From the NCBI GenBank assembly GCA_021797085.1, contig JAKAAG010000001.1:6814-70813 (forward strand): a stretch of 64,000 bases of DNA, written 5' to 3'. The stretch is from Nanobdellota archaeon. GTDB lineage: Archaea > Nanobdellota > Nanobdellia > Parvarchaeales > Parvarchaeaceae. Shown here piece by piece: positions 49,275 through 58,794 of this stretch. The notes beneath the pieces are model-generated. The model was not told the DNA's origin, did not search any database, and saw only the letters and a list, made by a program, of their open reading frames with translations. Each line of letters opens with the position of its first letter. Within the stretch, counting starts at the first letter, position 1. Both the position numbers and the translations under genes were made by a program.

Positions 49275-50414
49275 ATGAAAGTTCTTTTCTTAGGATGGGA
49301 GTTTCCCCCGCACTCTGTAGGGGGTTTGGGTACTCATTCTTATAATATTGTAAAAGCACTTTCTGAAAAGGGAGTAATAGTAAACGTAATACTCCCATTT
49401 AAGGAGCATAGTGAAATAAAAGGTGTAAATTTCTTAACATTTGAAAGCGAGCTTTTTGAAAGCGTGTACAACCTAAGCACTAAAAAAGAAATAAATGAAA
49501 TGGGCGAAAAAACACTTTACAGAGATGTTTTTAATGAAGTAGAAGAATACAAAAACAAAGCTTTGGAGCTTTCTTCACAAGTAGAGTTTGACGTTATACA
49601 TGCAAATGACTGGGTAACTGGAAGAGCGGCCATAGAGATAAAAAAAAGAACTGGCAAAAAACTGGTGGCAACTATACACAGCACTGAATATGACAGAACC
49701 GCAGGCAAGCCTTGGGAAAGAATAGCAAAGGAAGAAAAAGAATTAATAGACAATGCAGATGTTGTCGTAACTGTAAGCAGACGGCTCAAAGAAGAGATTA
49801 CTGCTTTATACAACGCTGATGAAAGAAAAGTAAGTGTTATCTATAACGCGATTAACCGGGAAAAATTCAATGGAATAAAAAGAGACAGCAACAGAAAGGT
49901 GGTCCTATATGTTGGAAGGTTATCAGTACAAAAAGGGATAGACAACCTGATAAGGGCATTCAAAATAGTATCTAAGAAAAACGATGATGCTTTGCTGTAT
50001 ATAATAGGAGAAGGGCCAGAACTTTCAAATTTGATAAACCTATCTATAAACCTTGATCTTTCCGATAAAGTAATCTTCTTAGGCAGAGTTCCCGATGCAG
50101 AAATGGAAATGCTGTATTCTATTGCAAATGTATTTGTAATGCCTTCCGTGTCTGAACCTTTTGGGATAGTGGCACTTGAAGCAATAGCCTCCAACGTTCC
50201 AACCATAGTGTCCTCTCAGTCAGGAGTTTCTGAAATTATAAAAAACACACTTACAGTGGATTTCTGGGACACGGAACAGATGGCTGATCTGATATTGGGG
50301 TTGCTGGATTACAGTGAAATAAATAAAGAAATGTCAAAAAACGCATACAAAGAACTTGACAGCATTACTTGGGAGAAAGCAGCAGAAAAATTCATAGAAA
50401 CATACAATAAATAA
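49275..50414 (+). CDS. GT4-family glycosyltransferase (GT-B fold)
   Basis: N-terminal LGWEFPPHSVGGLGTH and C-terminal E..E..SEPFG motif. Confidence 0.7.
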   Translation: MKVLFLGWEFPPHSVGGLGTHSYNIVKALSEKGVIVNVILPFKEHSEIKGVNFLTFESELFESVYNLSTKKEINEMGEKTLYRDVFNEVEEYKNKALELSSQVEFDVIHANDWVTGRAAIEIKKRTGKKLVATIHSTEYDRTAGKPWERIAKEEKELIDNADVVVTVSRRLKEEITALYNADERKVSVIYNAINREKFNGIKRDSNRKVVLYVGRLSVQKGIDNLIRAFKIVSKKNDDALLYIIGEGPELSNLINLSINLDLSDKVIFLGRVPDAEMEMLYSIANVFVMPSVSEPFGIVALEAIASNVPTIVSSQSGVSEIIKNTLTVDFWDTEQMADLILGLLDYSEINKEMSKNAYKELDSITWEKAAEKFIETYNK

Positions 50415-50441
50415 AGCGGTCTAAACAAACTTTATTAATAC

Positions 50442-51716
50442 TTGTTTCTTAGAATAATAATGAATATAGACTTAACGTTTGAATACATAGTCCTTTCGAT
50501 AGCATTGGGTGCAATATTCGGCCTTGAAAATGAATACAGAATGCAAAAAGGCGTAAAGATATTTATGGGCTTCAGAACATCAATATTCATTGCCCTTTTG
50601 GGTGACATCTTTGCCATTTTCTATGATATTTTTAAATATCCGCCTGTTATCATAACAGGATTTGCAGTTATGATTGCCTTTTCAAGCGCAATCTACTTTG
50701 AAAAGAATGCAAAGACAAGGAATCCGGGCGCAACGACATACATAAGCTCTATGATACTTTTTTTGTCGGGAATGCTTGTAGGATTAGGTTACTATGAATA
50801 TGCAATAGTCATAGTTATATTAATAACTGCAATAAGCTTCTACAAAAGAGAATTCCTTTATTTCATAACATCAATAAAGAAAAGCGAGATGATAGCAGCT
50901 ATAAACTTATTGATAATATCCTTTGTTATACTTCCTCTGCTTCCAAACACATACATGGGCCCATATGGCTTCTTTAACCCCTTCCAGTTCTGGCTTCTGG
51001 TGGCATTGGTAGGAACTGTATTTTTCCTGCAGTATGCCATACTTAGAGTATCAAAATCCGGCCTGCTTGTTTCAACTGTAATAGGCAGTTTGATAACTGG
51101 TACTACTATAACCTTTGCTCTTATAAATTTGGGAAACAGGTTCAGAAAACTTGGAAAAGCGGTTGTTTACAATGTTGTAGTCGCGGCAAACATACCCATG
51201 GTTCTTATCCAGGCCCTTCTTATAATATATATAGTAACCCTCTCATCAAAAGTCATCTATTACATGATACCTGTTACTGCAGTTTCAATAATAAGCCTTT
51301 TAATGATATACCTAAGGGGCAAAGATCAAATAAACGAAAAGGCAGAAAGGCCAAACAACCCTTTTCCACTTGTAAAAACACTTGAATTCGCTGCCGTCTT
51401 CTTCGTAGTTCTTTCAGTTTCAAGAATAGTTGCGGTAGTAGCGCCGAATCTACTTATAGTTGACATGTTTTTGTCTGCGCTTGCAAATATAGTAGGTGCT
51501 GCATTTGCTTTGGGAACGCTTTTACTGGATCACCAGATAAGTGCAAGCTATACTGCAATGCTTTTAGGAGTATCAGTATTTGCGGCAATAATAGAAAAGG
51601 GATTTATAGGGTTGATATCAAGGGACAAAAGCACCAGAAATGGAATATTTGGTTATTCCATGCTTGTAGGCCTCCTACTTTTGATAACCCTATTTGTGCA
51701 ATACCATGGAATTTAA
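50442..51716 (+). CDS. MgtC/SapB-family + DUF4010 membrane protein
   Basis: LGAIFGLENEY...GFRTSIFIAL MgtC N-domain signature followed by a long polytopic segment. Confidence 0.45.
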   Translation: MFLRIIMNIDLTFEYIVLSIALGAIFGLENEYRMQKGVKIFMGFRTSIFIALLGDIFAIFYDIFKYPPVIITGFAVMIAFSSAIYFEKNAKTRNPGATTYISSMILFLSGMLVGLGYYEYAIVIVILITAISFYKREFLYFITSIKKSEMIAAINLLIISFVILPLLPNTYMGPYGFFNPFQFWLLVALVGTVFFLQYAILRVSKSGLLVSTVIGSLITGTTITFALINLGNRFRKLGKAVVYNVVVAANIPMVLIQALLIIYIVTLSSKVIYYMIPVTAVSIISLLMIYLRGKDQINEKAERPNNPFPLVKTLEFAAVFFVVLSVSRIVAVVAPNLLIVDMFLSALANIVGAAFALGTLLLDHQISASYTAMLLGVSVFAAIIEKGFIGLISRDKSTRNGIFGYSMLVGLLLLITLFVQYHGI

Positions 51717-53139
51717 ATTTGACAAGGAAAGGCTGGAAAAGCTAGAAAGGCTGAAAAAAGAAGGGATAGAACCATACGGCAGTATATTCGATGTAAAGAT
51801 GCATTCTGTTGACATAAAGGAAAACTTTGAAAAACTTGAAGGAAAAGAAACTACAGTAGCGGGCAGGATAATGGCAAAAAGGGACCATGGAAAGATAAAG
51901 TTTATAGACCTGCAGGATGAGGAAGGCAACATACAAATATACTTTTCGGAAAAACACGTTGATGAAGAGTCAATAAAAATTGCTGAGGAACTTGATACCG
52001 GGGATATAATAGGAGTAAATGGCACAATTGTTAAGACAAAGACAAATGAAATATCAGTTGATGCAAAGAAGATAACCATGCTTAGCAAATCCCTATTGCC
52101 AATGCCTTCCAGATGGTATGGACTTGAGGACACGGAAAAAAGGTACCGGAAAAGATACTTAGATTTCATAATAAATAGGGAATCGCTGGAAAAGATAAAA
52201 AAAGGAAGTTTAATGCTTTCCAAGGTAAGAGAGATAATGGAAAAAAGGAGATTTACCGAAGTTACAGTACCAATACTTCAACCCATACCGGGCGGTGCAA
52301 ATGCAAAGCCCTTTATAACCCATTACAATTCATTAGACAGGGATTTTTACCTTAAGATAGCGTCAGAGCTTTACCTTAAACGTCTTCTTGTAGGGGGTTT
52401 TGAAAGGGTCTTCGACATAAGCAAGAACTTTAGAAATGAAGGTGTAGATACCAGACACAACCCCGAATTCATGATGCTAGAGGCATACCAAGCGTATGGT
52501 GATTTAAGTACAATGCTCGAACTTACTGAAGAGATAATAAAAGAATCGGTTTATGCAGCAAATAAAACTTACAAAGTCAAATTTGGAGAAAAGATGATTG
52601 ACCTATCAAAATTCCAGATAAAAACAATGGAAGAAATGGTAAAGGAAAACACTGGAATAAACAGCGAAGAAGAGATTATAAAGAGAGGAAAGCAGCTTGA
52701 CAGCAAGGTAAGTTCATATGGTGAAGCAGTGAATGCCATATTTGAGGCAAAGGTATCAGACAATATAATGGATCCAATATTTGTCACAAGGTTCCCGATT
52801 GAGGTATCGCCTCTCGCAAAGAAAACTTCCGATGATCCAAGGTTTGTATATAGATTTGAACTTTACATAGCAGGCATGGAGATAGCGAATGCCTTTTCAG
52901 AATTAAACGACCCTCTAGACCAGATAAGCAGGTTTGAGGAAGAAGCTAAAAGAAAGAACAGGGGAATTGATGAAACGCAAGAGTTTGATATGGATTTCAT
53001 AGAAGCAATGGGTTATGGAATGCCTCCTGCAGGTGGTGTAGGCATAGGAATAGATAGACTGCAGATGATAGGGACAGATTCAAAAAGCATAAAGGAAGTT
53101 ATACCATTTCCGCAGCTTAGAACCTTTGAAGACCAATAA
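51706..53139 (+). CDS. lysS: lysyl-tRNA synthetase, class II
   Basis: N-terminal OB anticodon-binding domain, class II motifs, C-terminal GMPPAGGVGIGIDRLQMI. Confidence 0.9.
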   Translation: MEFKFDKERLEKLERLKKEGIEPYGSIFDVKMHSVDIKENFEKLEGKETTVAGRIMAKRDHGKIKFIDLQDEEGNIQIYFSEKHVDEESIKIAEELDTGDIIGVNGTIVKTKTNEISVDAKKITMLSKSLLPMPSRWYGLEDTEKRYRKRYLDFIINRESLEKIKKGSLMLSKVREIMEKRRFTEVTVPILQPIPGGANAKPFITHYNSLDRDFYLKIASELYLKRLLVGGFERVFDISKNFRNEGVDTRHNPEFMMLEAYQAYGDLSTMLELTEEIIKESVYAANKTYKVKFGEKMIDLSKFQIKTMEEMVKENTGINSEEEIIKRGKQLDSKVSSYGEAVNAIFEAKVSDNIMDPIFVTRFPIEVSPLAKKTSDDPRFVYRFELYIAGMEIANAFSELNDPLDQISRFEEEAKRKNRGIDETQEFDMDFIEAMGYGMPPAGGVGIGIDRLQMIGTDSKSIKEVIPFPQLRTFEDQ

Positions 53140-53192
53140 ATAAAAAATATAAAAAAATAATTAATGTTTTGCTATTTAACTAAAAATAGGAA

Positions 53193-53330
53193 TTACTGTG
53201 TTCCTTTTCTCTTGTTATAGCAGTCTCTGCAGTAAACTGGTCTGCCCTCTTGTGGCTGGAAAGGAACCTCAGTCTCTTTCCCACAATCGGAACATACAGC
53301 TTTATACATTCTTCTTTCGAATTTTGCCAT
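53193..53330 (-). CDS. 45-aa CxxC...CxxC zinc-ribbon protein (absent from the six-frame track, below its length cut-off)
   Basis: ATG at 53330-53328 preceded by GGAGGA. Encodes MAKFERRMYKAVCSDCGKETEVPFQPQEGRPVYCRDCYNKRKGTQ*. Confidence 0.45.
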   Translation of the reverse strand: MAKFERRMYKAVCSDCGKETEVPFQPQEGRPVYCRDCYNKRKGTQ

Positions 53331-53455
53331 ATTCCTCCTTAAGAACGAAGTTTAGAAATCCAATAAGAGAAAGTTTGAATAAACAATAAACTCCTACTAG
53401 AACCCCCTAACATCATTCCTCTACCTTATGTATAAGAACCAGTCTATTTATAAAC

Positions 53456-53782
53456 TTATCTATTGTGGCTAATTAAGTAAAAAACCCAGTTTTTACCTGG
53501 CTCATCCTCTTTGCTCTGATAAGAAGCACTCATAGATTTTACCTCATTGTACAAACTTATGTAGTTTATTATCTTAGCAGTGCCGCTTATCGTTTTGAGG
53601 TTGTCTAAAGTAAGGATTGATTCCGACTTACTTTCCAATACCTTAATTGCACGATCCAAAGCCGCCTTCTCACCAAATTTATTGTAGGTGGAGTAAAGCT
53701 CCTTTTCTAGGCTTACAGAGTAATTCATTGCATCCAATGACTTTATTGCGTCTACTATTTTTTCCAAAGAATTCTTTTCCAT
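53456..53782 (-). CDS. hypothetical protein
   Basis: 108 aa, helical. Confidence 0.3.
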   Translation of the reverse strand: MEKNSLEKIVDAIKSLDAMNYSVSLEKELYSTYNKFGEKAALDRAIKVLESKSESILTLDNLKTISGTAKIINYISLYNEVKSMSASYQSKEDEPGKNWVFYLISHNR

Positions 53783-53848
53783 TTTGCCTCCTTTATCTAA
53801 CAGATAAAAAATAGAACAGTGATATTATTTAAACCTTGTGAATAATAT

Positions 53849-53947
53849 TGGCCTGGCCGAGATTTGGACTCGGGACCCCTGCTTTTCCTAAAATGTTGGA
53901 GCATACTCATATAAGAGCAGTGCTCTACCGGGCTAAGCTACCAGGCC
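53849..53947 (-). tRNA. tRNA-Ile with apparent anticodon TAT (UAU) and 25-nt intron
   Basis: rc reads GGCCTGG-TA-GCTT..GAGC-A-CTGCT-CTTATA[intron TGAGTATGCTCCAACATTTTAGGAA]A-AGCAG-GGGTC-CCGAGTCCAAATCTCGG-CCAGGCC-A. Confidence 0.65.
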
Positions 53948-53997
53948 ATAATGATTACTTTAATAGATACTTCAAATATTTATAATTACCTGATAGT

Positions 53998-54471
53998 TTA
54001 AATGTATTCTTTAACTGCACTGCTGGCAAGGGCTTTCACCGACATATTTTTCATCGAGAATTCAAGTGCTTCTCCAAGAACTGGAACTTCATAGAATCCT
54101 GCTTCTGTGCCCCTAAAACCATAGCTTTCTTCAAGCTCATTCTTGACTTCATTGACTTTATCTGCCTGATAACCGTAGTTCAACAGTATCTCAATGTTTT
54201 CCTTTCCACCTTGATTGTAATCCCTAAAAGCGCTTTTAATAATTGAATAAACTACTCTTCTAAGCTTGTTGTAATTTTCAAAGTACTTTGGATTTATGCA
54301 GTATTTTACTGAATTGCCCATAGAAAACTTGGCATATCTTCTATTGATATTCACTGAGCCATTGCCGCTTCTTTTAGCGGCAGTTAGCAGTAGATCGTAT
54401 AATGGCTTATCCAACTCTTTAATTGCACTTTCATCTGCATTCATTAAAAGATCGTTTAATCGCTGTTCCAT
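53998..54471 (-). CDS. hypothetical protein (third gene of the RHH/PAPS-reductase-like operon)
   Basis: Start placed at the internal Met just after the upstream stop. Confidence 0.3.
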   Translation of the reverse strand: MEQRLNDLLMNADESAIKELDKPLYDLLLTAAKRSGNGSVNINRRYAKFSMGNSVKYCINPKYFENYNKLRRVVYSIIKSAFRDYNQGGKENIEILLNYGYQADKVNEVKNELEESYGFRGTEAGFYEVPVLGEALEFSMKNMSVKALASSAVKEYI

Positions 54472-54472
54472 T

Positions 54473-55303
54473 TTACATGTAGCCGAAAAGCCTGAGTTTT
54501 TCCATAACTCCTTCTTTGTCCTGTGACCTGCCTGCTCTTTCTTTTGTATGCTCAAGGTCCTGCTCCCATGCCGGCAAATCGCTTGTCTTCTTCGAATCCA
54601 ATTTACCATCTATTGACCTGTACCCCAGTTTATACAAAGGATGCATTGGCAATTGGTACTTGAAAATATATTTCCAAACGTTCCTTTCAGTAAAAGGCAG
54701 TATCGGCTGTACCCTAACATGGTCCGGATGAGTTCTCGGACTTATGAAAACTTCCATGGACCTTGCTTCATTTTCATCCCACCTGACACCAGTGAACAGC
54801 GCATCGAACCTATATTTTTCGATTGCCAGGTTCATCGCAACGGTTTTCAACAAGTGGTTTCCTACTTCTGTTTCCAAACTGTAATCAAACTCTTCTCCAT
54901 TGAATCCTATTCTTTTGGCTTCATCCTGATTAGTTTTATTAAGGCTGCTGAGCTTTATTTTGTTGTCCTTTCCTACGTTTTTTATAACATCCTCATTCTT
55001 TGCGTATACCATCTTAAAGCCCCATTCCTTGCTTATGTCTTCAAGCATCTTCATCGTTTCATCGTAATGCTGCCCGTGATCTATGAATAATGCGGGAGGC
55101 AACTGCATCCCCAAATCCTTACATGCCCTTCTTACAAGATCCAATACCACTGTGCTATCCTTTCCAGCACTCCAAACAACTGTTGGCCTGTTGTATCTTT
55201 TCAATGCATCCTTTATCACTATAAGCGCAATTTCCTCCTTTGCTTCTAAACTTAACCCTCCCTCTATTCTTTGTTTTTTTACAGAATATTGTTCATTTTC
55301 CAT
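54473..55303 (-). CDS. PAPS-reductase-family PP-loop ATP pyrophosphatase (not canonical CysH)
   Basis: VVWSAGKDSTVVLDL (SxGxDS) and TGVRWDE motifs. No C-terminal Cys pair. Confidence 0.6.
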   Translation of the reverse strand: MENEQYSVKKQRIEGGLSLEAKEEIALIVIKDALKRYNRPTVVWSAGKDSTVVLDLVRRACKDLGMQLPPALFIDHGQHYDETMKMLEDISKEWGFKMVYAKNEDVIKNVGKDNKIKLSSLNKTNQDEAKRIGFNGEEFDYSLETEVGNHLLKTVAMNLAIEKYRFDALFTGVRWDENEARSMEVFISPRTHPDHVRVQPILPFTERNVWKYIFKYQLPMHPLYKLGYRSIDGKLDSKKTSDLPAWEQDLEHTKERAGRSQDKEGVMEKLRLFGYM

Positions 55304-55312
55304 GTTTACCTC

Positions 55313-55534
55313 CTACATATAACCCAGTTTCCTGAGTTTATCCTCAAGATCAAGCACTCGCTCGTCTTTTTCTTCCCCTTTCTTTTTTTCTTCGTTGCTT
55401 TCGGAGACTAGCTCTCTAAGCAGGTATTCTACAAAGCTTGAAAGCGATGTGAAACCAGTTTTCTCTATAAGCTTTTTGGCTTTGTCGGCCAAAGGCTTAG
55501 GTATCGAAACCGTTGTAAATTTTTGTTCGTCCAT
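55313..55534 (-). CDS. ribbon-helix-helix (CopG-like) DNA-binding protein
   Basis: TTVSIPKPLADKAKKLIEKTGFTSLSSFVEYLLRELV is a beta-strand plus two helices. Confidence 0.5.
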   Translation of the reverse strand: MDEQKFTTVSIPKPLADKAKKLIEKTGFTSLSSFVEYLLRELVSESNEEKKKGEEKDERVLDLEDKLRKLGYM

Positions 55535-55605
55535 AATTACTAATAATTATATATAATTAGTAGTATAAATACTTTTCCTTTTAAAAATAGCGAAATAAAA
55601 AATGA

Positions 55606-55935
55606 TTACATTGAAAACAGAATAAAACCTAAAACGATCAATGGCAATGCAATCGCATCACCGTAGAATCCTGAGATGTAAGTCCCTTGTATAAAAGAAG
55701 ATGTAACCAATGCCGGATTCAAAACATACTGGATCAATGTCGCTATATAGCTGGCTGAAATAGCGAGCATTCCTACAAGTATAATACTTAAACCAATTAC
55801 CTTCTTCTTCGGATTTGCAAAAAATAGAACCAAAAACCGCTCCATCTTTCGCATGTTAATGTAGAACATAAAGAAGGCTATGACCCATGCGGCTGCAATC
55901 AAAAGCGCAACAGGAAGTGGAATGCTGAAACTCAT
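55606..55935 (-). CDS. small hypothetical membrane protein
   Basis: 109 aa, 3 TM segments. ATGA overlap with the upstream gene. Confidence 0.3.
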   Translation of the reverse strand: MSFSIPLPVALLIAAAWVIAFFMFYINMRKMERFLVLFFANPKKKVIGLSIILVGMLAISASYIATLIQYVLNPALVTSSFIQGTYISGFYGDAIALPLIVLGFILFSM

Positions 55936-56420
55936 GAGAACCTCCGGAAGTAATTAAAGTAAAGATCATATGAAAAGCCGGCAACCAAAAGAGACAAAAC
56001 TGCCAGAAGCCAAAAAGCTGCAACCAAACCATATGCCAGGAATATTTGTGTAACCGCATTTACCGCAAAAACTACCGTAGCCAAGAAGCCGAATAAAAGC
56101 AGGATCTCTATTCTCTTGATAAAAACCTTCGAACGTGCTTTATTCAAGAAAAAGCCAGTCCATGGAGCCCTGTCCTTTGCGTGCTTTGCATTGACAAGTA
56201 ATATCAATGCCACAAAAATAACTGTTACCAATGCACCTATCAAGGTTACTATCCTTGCAGTTATCAATGCAATTTCAACGAAGTAGGTAAAACTAACAAT
56301 GCTTATTGGCTTGAATACGACTGAAAAAGAAGCACCTATATCTCCGCCTACTGCTATAACTGCGATTACGCTTACCGCTATAAGAACAATCAAATTAAGC
56401 TTTGTTTGATTAAACTGCAT
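55932..56420 (-). CDS. hypothetical membrane protein
   Basis: 162 aa, 4-5 TM segments. Confidence 0.3.
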   Translation of the reverse strand: MQFNQTKLNLIVLIAVSVIAVIAVGGDIGASFSVVFKPISIVSFTYFVEIALITARIVTLIGALVTVIFVALILLVNAKHAKDRAPWTGFFLNKARSKVFIKRIEILLLFGFLATVVFAVNAVTQIFLAYGLVAAFWLLAVLSLLVAGFSYDLYFNYFRRFS

Positions 56421-56473
56421 ATTATCAATTGTCTTTCTAGCAATATAAATTTTAAAACCAAATAAAAAGAAAG

Positions 56474-57622
56474 CTAGTTATAATGCTTTATTTTTTCTGG
56501 ATCGAACATGTACTCTCCAACCTTGTCCTTCATTCCTTCCTTTTTAGTCTTCAATGACTCCAAGAAATTGGATATTGTTTCGGCTGCCATTTCCTTCATC
56601 TCGCCGCTTAGTATCTTGCCTGATTTGTATTCTTGGTACACTTTATCTACCTTGCTTTGGTCCTCTTCCAAAAAGCTGTATTCTAGGAATGCAAAGTCGA
56701 TATCTGGGTTTGCCCCGTACTTTCTTTGCTCCTCCAATGTATCCCTGCCGCCAGAAAACGCATACTTCATCAATTTCTTTCTTACTTGCTCTTTGCTGTC
56801 CTCTAAAAATATTGCACTTTCTTCCTTTGAAGACGACATCTTTGCCGAATTGCCCTGAAGGGCTGGAAGAAACTTCGAGATTATTGCGGATGGCTTGTAA
56901 TACCCCAATTTAGGAAGCACATCCCTTGCAACCCTGAAATAAGGGTCCTGGTCTATTGCATATGGTATGAGACACCTCATTTTCTTGCCGGTTAAAGCTG
57001 AAAGAAGAAAGGCAGGGGTTATCTGCATTGAAGGAAAGAAGAGCTTTCCTATATTATCGCTGTCATTGACACCAAAAACAGCCTTTACGGTTGATACTGT
57101 AATGTGCTTTGCGACGTCTGTTGCGTAATAATATAGAGTTTTAGCGCTTTTGTAATCCGCTAATATATGTGTCTTTTTCGGATCAAAACCCAGGCTTATT
57201 ATATCCAATATGTTATCATTTGTAAATTTCTCTATATCGCTCTTTTCCTTGCTGCCCACAAGAAACTTCTCATCATCAGTTAGCTGTATCAGTAAATCGA
57301 CGTTGAAGGTTTTTTGGAGCCAAAGCGTGAACGTAAACGGCAGCAAGTGGCCTATATGCATCTTTCCAGAAGGGCCTCTGCCTGTGTAAAGGTAAAAAGG
57401 CTTGCCGTTTTCATAATCATCTAAAACAAGATTAAGCTCCCTGTGTGCAAAGAAAACCTTTCTGCTAAGTAGCGGGTGCAGCTTTCCTTTTGCAATCTTT
57501 TTTATTCTGTTCAAAATATTATCGCTTATTAAATCAACACCGAATTTCTCAACTAATTTAGAGTAAGCATTATCGTTTAGCTCCCCGCTTACTTCCCAAG
57601 GCGTTACATTAAGCTTTTCCAT
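56474..57622 (-). CDS. trpS: tryptophanyl-tRNA synthetase (archaeal/eukaryotic type)
   Basis: VTPWEVSG...KLVEKFG start, YLYTGRGPSGKMHIGHLLPF, KMSSS. Confidence 0.85.
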   Translation of the reverse strand: MEKLNVTPWEVSGELNDNAYSKLVEKFGVDLISDNILNRIKKIAKGKLHPLLSRKVFFAHRELNLVLDDYENGKPFYLYTGRGPSGKMHIGHLLPFTFTLWLQKTFNVDLLIQLTDDEKFLVGSKEKSDIEKFTNDNILDIISLGFDPKKTHILADYKSAKTLYYYATDVAKHITVSTVKAVFGVNDSDNIGKLFFPSMQITPAFLLSALTGKKMRCLIPYAIDQDPYFRVARDVLPKLGYYKPSAIISKFLPALQGNSAKMSSSKEESAIFLEDSKEQVRKKLMKYAFSGGRDTLEEQRKYGANPDIDFAFLEYSFLEEDQSKVDKVYQEYKSGKILSGEMKEMAAETISNFLESLKTKKEGMKDKVGEYMFDPEKIKHYN

Positions 57623-57655
57623 TTAATTTAAAAGCCATCTAAATATTAATAATGA

Positions 57656-58372
57656 TTAATCCACTACATCTAAAAGCTGCTTAAGTTCATGTATAATTGC
57701 ATCAGGTTCATGAACTCCCTTGTTAGGCGGCAGATACTTGTCTATAAGAACTGCTTTCATGTCTGCTTCTTTTGCGTTGTCTATATCTGCATCCATCCTA
57801 TCTCCTATTACTAGCGTTTCCTTCGGCTCTACATCCAAGAGCCTAGCAAGCTCAATAAAAGGAATGGGACTGCTTTTTCTCTGTGGTATGTCTTCTCCAG
57901 CTATTAAAACCGCATCAAACAGCTTTGTAAAACTTAGACTGTTTAGCCTTCTCCTCTTCAAACCTGGCCTCACATCTGTGTCTGTCAAAAGCCCTAATTT
58001 TTTGCCCTTTAATTTTAAGGCCTTAAGAACCTCTTCTGTTTCCTTTGGGTATTCTATTTTTTCCAGAATGAAATCATAAAATATCTGCGCTAGCTTTTCC
58101 ACCTGCTTTTCATCTAGGTTAAGAGACAAGTTCTCGTTCAATTTTTTTATAACTGCCTTCCTGTCATACTGCCTTGAAACCAAGGGAACATCGTCGATTA
58201 CTTCCTTCTGCGCCTTTAAAAGCTGCTGCATTAAGTAATTGCTATCCAGTCCAGAGCTTGAAGAAATCAATTCAACAACCTTTGAATATGCACCACTTAT
58301 TGCAGAATGTGTATCCACTAAGGTATTATCAAAATCAAATATCAATGCCTTTGCTTTAATCTTCTCTGACAT
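57656..58372 (-). CDS. HAD-superfamily hydrolase
   Basis: Motif I LIFDFDNTLVDT; motifs II-IV present. Confidence 0.7.
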   Translation of the reverse strand: MSEKIKAKALIFDFDNTLVDTHSAISGAYSKVVELISSSSGLDSNYLMQQLLKAQKEVIDDVPLVSRQYDRKAVIKKLNENLSLNLDEKQVEKLAQIFYDFILEKIEYPKETEEVLKALKLKGKKLGLLTDTDVRPGLKRRRLNSLSFTKLFDAVLIAGEDIPQRKSSPIPFIELARLLDVEPKETLVIGDRMDADIDNAKEADMKAVLIDKYLPPNKGVHEPDAIIHELKQLLDVVD

Positions 58373-58376
58373 TTAA

Positions 58377-58559
58377 TCAGTCTTTTCTTTTACCGTTTAC
58401 GGTTTTATTGTTCCAGGCATAAGCCTTAAGTTTTGAACTTTTTCCGTAGCCGCAATGCGAACAGTAATGCTTCCTTTTCAGGTAAGACTCCTTGCCGCAC
58501 CTTCTGCACGTTACATGTGGCTGTTTTCTATTATGCAAACCCATTGATGCTGTGCTCAT
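58377..58559 (-). CDS. rpl37e: 50S ribosomal protein L37e
   Basis: CRRCG...CSHCGY Zn-ribbon, basic, 60 aa. Confidence 0.75.
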   Translation of the reverse strand: MSTASMGLHNRKQPHVTCRRCGKESYLKRKHYCSHCGYGKSSKLKAYAWNNKTVNGKRKD

Positions 58560-58792
58560 ATAGTTGGAGAGATAAGGATTATCGTGTCACCCCTTACAAA
58601 TACGTTTCCTAGCTTTCTAAGAGTATCTGCGTCTTTCTTTTCTTCTGCATTCTCCAAAGTAACGTTTATGTGAACGTCAAACGCTACTAATTTACCGGTT
58701 ATAGCATGACCATTCTTAAGCTCCACCAAAACCATCTTTCCCTTTGCTGAATTCAACAGATCCAAAGGCCTACTCAAAACATTTTCTGACAT
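58556..58792 (-). CDS. Sm-like archaeal protein (SmAP/LSm)
   Basis: Sm1/Sm2 pattern (VLVELKNGHAITGKLVAFDVHINVTL...VFVRGDTII). Conserved pairing with L37e. Confidence 0.75.
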   Translation of the reverse strand: MSENVLSRPLDLLNSAKGKMVLVELKNGHAITGKLVAFDVHINVTLENAEEKKDADTLRKLGNVFVRGDTIILISPTI

Positions 58793-58794
58793 AA

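Noticed and set aside
53198-53389. 63-aa plus-strand ORF in the six-frame track
   Set aside because: The opposite strand encodes a much more convincing Zn-ribbon peptide with a GGAGG Shine-Dalgarno. The plus-strand product is Cys/Ser/Leu junk.
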